Shown in pieces: positions 11,359-20,132 of a DNA stretch of 64,000 nucleotides (the first letter of the stretch is position 1; every line of letters begins with the position of its first letter). The stretch comes from Klebsormidium nitens (Eukaryota > Plantae > Klebsormidiophyceae): positions 1 to 64,000 of the forward strand of contig DF237209.1 of the NCBI GenBank assembly GCA_000708835.1, in the 5' to 3' direction. Made by a program: the position numbers and the translations under genes. The notes beneath the pieces were generated by a model. That model saw nothing but the letters and a program-made list of their open reading frames with translations. It ran no database searches and had not been told where the DNA came from.

Positions 11359-14300
11359 TCAGCATATGATTTTAATGGCCATCCCCACAACCGCAGCCGA
11401 TGCCACGTGCCTAGCCATCACGCCCATTAGGGACACCCCTGAACGAGAGACTTTCTTCTCCACACCTTTTCTAAGTCTTGAATGAATGGCTGCGTCACTT
11501 TGGGATATAGTTCGGCTTGTTTCTACGGTGAAACTTTGGATAACATCAGCCCCGCTTTGCCCGGCTACACTGGGGCTGTCTCTAGAAGCAGCCGAGGAAT
11601 GGTTCCTAGAAAGTAACGAGGAGTCTAGATCCGAATGCGATGGCAGCACTTCTTGATCCGCAGGTTCTCGAGAACTACCTATCGACACCGCATTCAACCC
11701 ATCGTTGACGGAGCAATGGGCCTCGGTCCGTTCTCCCAATCTCGTCACAGGCACCCCCCGAACATTTTGCATTGCGCTTCCGACCCTCGCAAATGCGCCC
11801 ACACTCAGGAAGTCTACCGGCGCAGGCGTCTCACCCCCCCGGGGTGAACTTTCCGGCAGCTCGACCACGCTAGGGCCGGCTGCAAAAGACGCCATGAGGC
11901 CCGCGGGCTGGGGGTCCGATTCAGCGCCCATTTCAGCCCCCCGTTCCGGGAGTGCTAGATCGTACCACATCAATCTTGCCCTCTGGAAAGGAAGGGCTTC
12001 GAGTGTCAAGACGGCGGCATCGGCGACTGCGGGCCGGACTTCTCGAATCTTCGCCCCGGAGAGCGATCCCTGCAGAAACGCACGCCCAAATCAAACGAGG
12101 AAAAGATCTCGAGCTAAGTGGAAATTGCGGTTGCCGCGCTAAATCTACTAACTGCGAACCATCGGTTGTAAGGTGGTCTCGGAGGATGACGTTAAACTCG
12201 GTGCGTTTCGATGGCAGATGGCCTGGAACGGCAACTATCAGGTTTTTCATAGTAGCCTTGGAGCGCACTAAAATGTTCTTAACAGCTGACATCAGAAGGC
12301 CTGTTTGACCTTGTCATATCAAGGCGCGCAGGAAAAGAATCTGGATGACAAAGACCTCTATTCCGCTTTCGAAGAACTACAGCAGCCTGTGGTGCAGGCA
12401 CAACCCCTCGACTCTTCGAAGTTCTCAATTTCTGCCGTTCCGGGGCCTTTAGCGGGTTTTGAGGACTCGCCGGACGCCTCAATATATTAAAAAGTTCTGA
12501 CGAATCCGAACCCTGGGTGTTGAAGGATTAGGGGTTTCACGGAACGACCTGGACGGCCGCCCGCGCCCAACGCCAGAGCGCGAGCAGAGAACGGAGCCTC
12601 ACAGCGCTCGGGTGCACCGCGTTTGTCAGCAGCGCCACGAAAACGTTGCGCTCCGGGTCGATCCACAGGGACGTGCCTGCGGGGTGTGGAACGACTTTCA
12701 GATTTTTACGAGATCCCTTCTCTTTATCTGTCGCCATTGCCACGAACACTTCGGGATCCGGGTCGATTCACAGCGATGTGCCTGCGGGGTTTGGAACGAC
12801 TTTCGAGTTTTTATGCGATCTCTATTCTTATGTGGCTCCGTCTGTCGTCATGGCCACAAACACTTCGTGATCCGGGGTCGATCCACAGGGACGTGCCTGC
12901 ACGGGTGTCGCAATATATGGGCTTAGCGGTTGTCGCTATCTGAATCTGGAATAAGGGTGGTTTGCTTGGTTCTGGGTCGTTCTATCAGCAGTCCACAAAA
13001 GGGTTGCGGTCCGGGTCGATTCAACGGGACGTGCCTGCACGGGTGTCAGAGCGATGAAGACTTCAATTTACCACGGTGACCCCACCACTGCCCAACTATC
13101 TCAACATGGTTGATGTGTGGACTACAAATCATCAATCTTTTCATGGCTGGCTGAAGGAAAGCACAACATTTTTGTCTTACTGGCGCCGTCTGTCAGCAGC
13201 GCTGCAATGACGTCGTGCTCCGGATCGATTCGCAGAACGTGTCTGATCGGGTGCCGGAGAGTGTGACAGTTAGAAAATCCTCAAGTGATTTTGCGGGTCT
13301 GCCCCGACCGAAGCTTGCGATCCGCCCAGAATCACGGAACGTCACAGGGCTAGACGGGTTCGACGTGAGATAACGGCCGGTCCACGCCTCGCCTGAGTTC
13401 GACAGGTTCGGTCCGAAGCGAAGCTCACAAACTAGACGCAAGATGCATTTGCGCCATCGAAACTTTCAACATCAATATGCAGGATTTCCGGTGTGTTCGA
13501 GACAAGGCGGGAGACTTGGTGAGATTTGGCTCACCTGTAAATCCGGTATGCCCAAAGGCTCTTCGGCCCAGAAAGCTCCCCCCTGACGTGTAGTTGTCCA
13601 GGGCCCGCCGCGTCGTCGTGTCAAAGCTGCAAACAGGACGAGCACTCTCGGTCACATAACACAGTCTTGCGCATCTTGCACATCTTGAAAATGTGTGTCG
13701 ATACTGTGTTGCTTGTGTCAATGCTTCATTCCACTTCAATTGACCCGACCAGTTTAAGCGGAACGCGGCTGGAATTGCATTCCGCTTTCCAAGCCGTTTG
13801 AAATATGGCTCCTTCCTTCTTACAAATCCGAGAGAGAAGCAGATGAGGAGGAGCGACAAGGAGGCCAGAAGTAGGAGCACGGGCGCTTGCTTGACCTTAT
13901 GGTGACGATGTTTGGGCCCAGTCGCATTTCCGGGGATGCAAAATTCCCTCTTTTCAGACCCTTGGACACCATTCTAAGCCTGTCATCTACTCGCGCATGA
14001 CAAACAAACGAAAATGAACGGTTGAAAAAGTTGCAGACAGCCCTCCATACCAGTAAGTCGACAGTACGGACAAGGCAAAGCGCCTGTTTTCCAACACTTT
14101 GGCGGACATAAGGCGCCCGTCCACCTCACCCCAGTGCGAAGGGCCGCGGGCTGAGCTCCGTCGGCGGCTGCTGCCGTGTGAATAATCGCAGCGTGCTCTC
14201 CTCGAAGAAGCGCCGCCCGCTGGCCGGGTCTACGCCGCCCGCCAGCAGCATCCGGGCGTACTGCATGACGTCAGCACGGCGTCAGCGATCGACTCGGTGC

Positions 14301-17300
14301 ATGAAGTCAGCCGAGAAGCAGAGGTCTGGAGAAGGTCTAAGTTCCTGAGGAATCGAAGAACAGAGCGTATCCGGGCAAGCGTGATACGTTCAAAGTAGAA
14401 CACGCGGAATCTGTTCGGAAAAGCACTGGTGGCTTCGTTACTAAATGCTCGATTGATTTCTCCGAGGCCTGCACTGTGGAATTCCGAACGGGTATACCGC
14501 TGTCAAACCTATCTGTAGTGGCTTTCGAGAAGCCGTTTTGAGAGGCCGTGGAGCGAGGATATCTTCTTACGACCACCCATCTTTGCTGGACCACACAAGC
14601 TTCAACTCTTCCATCCGCCTAGAAACGACTTTCGAGAAGCCGTTTTGAGAGGCCGTGGAGCGAGGATATCTTCTTACGACCACCCATCTTTGCTGGACCA
14701 CACAAGCTTCAACTCTTCCCTCCGCCTAGAAACGACTTCACACTGGATTGGCGTTGGCATGAACGACCGTCAACCGAAAGTATGATGCTCCTAGCGGTAC
14801 TGAGCGAATCGTTTCCGTCAATTGATGTCAAAGGACTCACCCGAGCGATGTCTTTGGCGGTGGAAAATAGTCCCGCATGTCCAGCGACGCCGCCCAACAG
14901 GTACGCCGTAGGGTCGTGCACTGAAAGCACAGAGTTGTTTTTCAATTCACGATTCTTTAGAGTTCTGAGCCTTCCTAGAAAGCCAGTCAGATAATCGAGT
15001 TTCGTCAGCGGTTCTGTTTGTTAAACGGGTGACGCATTGTGCTTCAGTATGAGCAGACTTTTGAGTAAAGGTGGCTCAGCAACCAGCGTGGCCAACCGGC
15101 CCCTAATGAAAGACGCTGCGAGGGATTCGCTGGTGTCGTTCCTTCCAGCGACCAAATGATATTTTTCGAAGCAGTCGGGTCGCCGTCAACCTCACACCGG
15201 ACAAGTCTGCTGATAGAAGAAGTCGTCTATTGCCTTAATTGGCAACGCAAAACGCAAAACCGGTTCTTCCAGTGGTGCATACACCCCAGCTCGCTCCAAC
15301 GTTTACGTGGCGGTCAGTCTCACTGCAGCGGCGAAGCAATTTTCAAAACTCAGCGCGCTCACCTTCTCCCCAGAGCAGCCGCTTGCGGAACCCTTGGTCG
15401 ACCTCGGTTGGAATAACCCGAATGTCGAAGTCGGTTTCGCCCACTGGTCGGAAATGGGTGTCGTGCATGCCCAGCTACAGACGGGTTAACCTAGGGTTAG
15501 TAGCAGATAGTGGGGCACTCTATGCACCGCACCAATTTAGAGCGACCGGGTCAGACTTCTAGTTAAGCATCCGTTCATTTCGACTTGCGGTTTAACACCC
15601 GCCTTACTACGAATCATCGGGTGTTGAGAAAAGCAGAACAGGGCTTTGCCGCAGTGCTGAGGAAACCTTAAATGGCTCTGCTCCGCAACTGTGACCTGTT
15701 TGCACATTGTTGTACTTCGACAAGCGAGGACTTCCAAACAGATTCGGACTTTCTAGCATATACAACAACGCACGCTTGACTAGTGTGCACCTCAAAACAA
15801 ACCTCTCGCATGAAAAGCGACCAGTAAAATGGCTCCGACGACTAGGCCGCTAGAAGCGCACGGTGCTGATAACACTTCCATCTGTTCAGCGGCAGATCGC
15901 TGTGGATATGCGCATACAACCGCTGGTCCCTCACCGGTTGGTGCAGCTCCTTCTTAACGAAGGCCTCCAGCGGCTGCCCGGTGATCTCCTCGACGATCCA
16001 ACCGAGCACGATCATGGAGAGGTCGCTGTACTTGGTGGTGCCCGGGGGATACCAGCACTTGTCGGCCAGGATGAACTTCCGAATCTGCGGGGTACGTTTG
16101 AACGCTTCGATTGGCGCAACAACTTAACGGCATGCATGCTTGGCAAGAGATCGTTTTCGTGGGGTAAGTGAAGACGAGCGTCGAAGGAGAAGGGAGTGTT
16201 GTTTCGTAAAGGCAATTCTTACGAGGGTGGCATTGTACTGGTCCAATCACGACATCACCGTGGACCAGGGTTTGGAGCCGAGATATACCCTTTGACGGTT
16301 TCGATATAGAGTCAAGTCCACTCTTATCTGAACGAAGTCAGAACCCGTGTCGTTGTCTCAAAAGTGGCCAGTTAAGTGTCGCCAGTGGCTTTAGGACTTG
16401 TCATCAAGTCAGATTGACTTTCTTCGATACCGTGCTGATTGTATCAAGGCAGCAGGCCAGAGACGACAGACAGGGAGCCCACAACCCGTCCGAAAAGATT
16501 CCTGTCCGAAAAGATCCTGTCCGAAAAGCCGACGAGCCGGAGAGCAAGAGATTGATGCACAACAACATAAGGCCCGCAAGTTCCTTACTCGGGTAATCTG
16601 AGATGAAGCCCGCACAGAAGTATCTCAACAGACCCCCGAGTCCGCAGCCAAACCCACAGGTCCAAGTTCTGCGGCCAAATGAAGAAAGTTTGGAGCAGCA
16701 TCGTTCAAAGGCGAGTTCGTCCGGAGCATCATTTTTCTCGACAGCAGAGGACGACGAGCACACTACGCACCTGTTCTCGCGTCGTCAGGCCCATGTCGTA
16801 AAACGGGTAGAACTCGCGCAGGCCTGCCGTGTGCGTCAGCAGCTGACGCACAGTCACGTGGCCCTTCTTGTGCTGGCCGAAGGCGGGGAGGTAGCGCGCG
16901 GCCGGAGCGTCCAACTCTGTCAGAGAAAGCCACAGCTTTCAGAAAAGATTCGGACGTCTTCGTTTTACCAGCTGCAGTTATTGGGAGTATTTTTGGTGGT
17001 GGGAGGCCAGTTGTCAGAGTTGTTGGATCTATGATGATGCCGGGAGACGCTAAGACAAAGTTGGCCGGGCGGGCTAACAAGTAGTTCAGTCACTTACAAA
17101 TGCCGAACTGATCGATTCCTTGTAGGGGAATATTTCAGTCGGGGCGCCCAGCCTTTGAGGGAATATATCTGGTCTCGTGTTTATGGGCGAACAGAGAGAG
17201 GTGCGCCAGGCAATCTCGGGTGTTGAATTGTGCAAGAGCATGTCCCTGACGACAAAGGATCCCACTTCTGGTTCAGAATTGAGCAACCGTGGGCTAAGAG

Positions 17301-19577
17301 TTTGGAGTATGAGCAGGAGTTCCTTACCAATCAAATCACGCTCGTAGAGGATCATGATAGCGGGGACTGTCACCATAATCTGCATACGAAAGCAGGAATC
17401 GGCGAATGTCTGGGCCCACAATCTTCAGTCGTCTTAGATTCCACATGATACAGCCTCATCTTGTCAACCGTAGTTGAAATATCAAGCAAGCACCCAGAAA
17501 AGCAGCGGTTCCTGATCGAACGGGGGTTCACCTCACCTTTGTCAATGATGCAACATCCCACAGCGACTGCTCGGAGGCCTTCAGGTTCGACTCGCTGAAA
17601 AAGAAACGGCTTAAAATCAGTTGATGGCAGTACACTCAACATGTGCGCTTTGAGAGTCCTCTCTTTACAGTCCAAGGACAGCGGGGGAAGCATGACAGAA
17701 GTCAGTTCGTTTTGTCAAGACTCCTGCAGATTGTTGTTGTGATGCTTAATGTGAAACAGTTCCTATTCGTTTGCTTCTATCTCCGGAGCTTGTTGCACCT
17801 TCGAAGAGTGTGGAAGGCCACAGTCTTGAACTTGCTCGAACCAGACTGTTTCGATTTTCAAGTATCTCTTATTTGAATCACCAGATGATAAAGAAGGGGT
17901 GTATTTGGGGACTCACAATGTGTAGGTACCATAGCCTGCACGGGCAGAGGATTTCCCTAGATCAGTCACCCTTAACATACTGCTGCAAGCATTGTGGCCA
18001 CATGCAATATTCAAAGCGCCGATCTTTACAGTTTGCCTTTTCATGGTGCCTAATACTCAGGTCTTGAAATGTTTCACCTCAGAGACAGAGGAAGCACTAA
18101 GAACTTCAATTGGCGCACCCTACTCCATTATTCTCGTTGTGTGTTGATCAAGAGCAGAGAAGTTGGCAAAGCAAAAAGCTCTCAGGTATTCAGCTTGGAA
18201 CTCGCAGTCTATACAGAAACCTCTTTTTCCATAAAACTCTTTCTAAGACAATTGCAGGCTTTTGCTTGATTACGCATCTTTCATCCCCGTACAGAAGCAC
18301 GCCAAGCGACGGCAACATACAGATGTAATGGGTGATACAGGATGTTGGTCACGTTGGTAGGACGCTTTTCCAAACACAAGGCAGGAAAAGCTGCGGCAAG
18401 CATGACCAAGCATCACTGTCCGCTCCGCATACGGCCAGAGAGGGGATGGGAAGCCCCTTCTGGCCACCAAAGGAGCGGAAAGATCACACTCTTTTCACTT
18501 CTGTCAAGTTGTTTCCTTTTGTTCAATGTCATCTGACAAGCAAGTGCTCTTTCCGAAGTTGATAGGATTCTCTACTATTTGACCTGGCTTGACTGCTTCA
18601 AGGGATAAAGGCAACGCTTTCCCTTGCTAATCAAGCCCGAGTCTGAACAGATGGCCACTGCCACAACACAGCTTAGACAGGCAGAACACTTACTCCGTTG
18701 AAATATATTGCATTGGTTTGCATTCAGAATGTAAGAAGACAAGAGTGCTCCCGCACTCTGTTGATGGCCAGATGTTTTGGTTTGATCACAAGCGCATTCT
18801 TCTCTCAAACCCAGAACACAGTGCATCTAGTTTTTCTCGCGATCTAGTTTCTTAGGTTGCCAGTCCAAGGGCCAGGGCTCGCACCGTGAGAAAAGCACAT
18901 TTCTCCGCAGTCCCCATATGCAACAGCCGCTCCAGGGAACACACGCTCATTGATAGCCTGCAGCCAGACAAGAGTGTTTGACAGTGGGAAAAGCTTGGAC
19001 TCGTTGATTTACCCTTCGCTGTTGCAACTGCATTTGTCTGGTGGCCAGGATTGCCTGCTGATTGAATAGAATTTATATTCCAAGCAGCCAACAGCCGTTT
19101 GGGGGATTGTCATGTAAGTGCAGTGCTTGAATGGGATTATCTGTATCAGACAATCACTTGGAACTCAATAGTGATTCAAAGGATTATTTGAGAGTCAAGG
19201 CTTGGAAGGAGATTGGCTCCAACCAGGAAGGAAAGAGGGGAATGATGCAATCCAACCTCTGAGGCTTTGATGATCAAACATCACATGATCCTGAATGCTA
19301 GTGGTGCAAGTATCCTAGAAATCCAAGAGATTGAAGCTTTTGTGCAAGACAATCCTCTCCTTTTCCAACAATCATGCTTTGAAAGATGCTCAAGCTGGTA
19401 TTGAATGCAATTTCTAAGAGAAAAACCAGGTTGCTCAGAATCCTGCGGGACTACCAGTCAATTGTCTGAACAAGCCTTCAGCACTAGGAACTATCAAGAA
19501 GATCCTTGGGCGAGCTTCACCTTGTGCAGAATCTCTGAGATGCTTGGCACAGGGCCACCGTATTCCAGCGCCGCCAT
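11359..19577 (-). CDS. Beta-lactamase-family (class C / AmiE-PBP4B-like) serine hydrolase with a ~210-aa low-complexity C-terminal tail, 13 exons, 584 aa
   Basis: complement(join(11359..12069,12603..12676,13535..13626,14130..14260,14841..14920,15363..15474,15935..16084,16771..16916,17328..17379,17537..17594,17917..17935,18885..18957,19521..19577)); all introns GT-AG, 1755 nt, frame intact. Motifs VFPGAAVAYG, DVASLTK (SxxK), LLTHTAGL, YSD, GEVHDPTAYLLGGVAGHAGLFST, FGHTGFTG, LLTNAVHP. Confidence 0.9.
12728..13242 (-). pseudogene. Four decayed tandem copies of the serine-hydrolase exon 12603..12676 inside one intron
   Basis: Copies start at 12781, 12896, 13034 and 13242. Each keeps a CAG acceptor followed by GTSLWIDP..VFVA-like coding sequence, broken by TGG>TGA or a frameshift. 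Confidence 0.8.
14522..14739. repeat. 107-bp tandem duplication (2 copies) in a serine-hydrolase intron
   Basis: GAGAAGCCGTTTTGAGAGGCC... starts at 14527 and again at 14634. The copies differ at one position I could see (TTCCATCC vs TTCCCTCC). Confidence 0.9.
16487..16528. repeat. Short tandem repeat, ~3 x GTCCGAAAAGAT(T)CCT
   Basis: Three consecutive GTCCGAAAAG cores, intronic. Confidence 0.7.
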
Positions 19578-19880
19578 CTCCTACGGCTCACTACGCAGTA
19601 GAGATTCCTCAATTCTGCAGCTACCTGTTGCCAGATCGCGTCCACCCTTTGTTCAGATGAGCACCTGAAGCCAACATGAGGGCAACCCACATTGGGACAG
19701 AAATGGTGCAACTCTGCAACGTTCACTTTCTTTTCTTGGGCGCAGGTGAGCTTCTGAACAGAAGCTGGCTGCTGTTGGGTGCAAAACGCGGGATCATCCT
19801 GCGTTCTTGAGAGCTTTCAAACGAAGCCGCTAACGGTAACCCGTTTTCCTGCGGTATCTTATGATTGGCCCCTTCCAACA

Positions 19881-20062
19881 GGGTTATCGCTAACAGCTCT
19901 TTTTTTTTTTTTTGGAAAATACCGTCTTGCACGTGCGGCTCATCAGCTGGAACTCGCAGACTAGCGTACGCCTCTAGGGCAGACAAACGGTGGGAAAAGC
20001 CCACCTACAAACACAAATCAGGTGGTCAGTGTATCGATGCGGCGGGTTATCGCTAACAGCTC
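19881..20062 (-). mobile_element. 144-bp retroposed insertion (SINE or 5'-truncated LINE 3' end) with poly(A) tail and 19-bp target-site duplication
   Basis: GGGTTATCGCTAACAGCTC occurs at 19881-19899 and 20044-20062. T14 at 19900-19913 directly abuts the first copy (A14 tail on the minus strand). Internal hairpin GTGGG-AAAAG-CCCAC. Confidence 0.8.
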
Positions 20063-20132
20063 GGTTACGTATCTTTTCAACTTTCATGGCAGCCAGAAAG
20101 TCTCGATTTCAATTTGAATTGCATTGCGAGCA

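Noticed and set aside
11933-12490. Alternative last exons for the hydrolase (ORFs 11933..12292, 12279..12482)
   Set aside because: Phase mismatch or early stops. The acceptor at 12070 gives the family-typical KIREVRPAVADA ending.
12537-13060. CRISPR-like array (repeats at ~105-140 bp spacing)
   Set aside because: Eukaryotic intron; the repeats are diverged exon copies, not identical repeats with unique spacers, and there are no cas genes.
18850-19470. Apparent decayed LRR pseudogene on the plus strand (SLLQLHLSG..., LKLLCKTIL...)
   Set aside because: Only scattered Leu-rich fragments, and the region contains a real minus-strand hydrolase exon (18885..18957) plus intron.
19723-20004. Minus-strand exon-like segment (TTGTAG|GTGGGC...GACG|GTATT) as an extra hydrolase exon
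   Set aside because: It lies inside the TSD-flanked retro-insertion, upstream of the hydrolase ATG; the gene model is complete without it.
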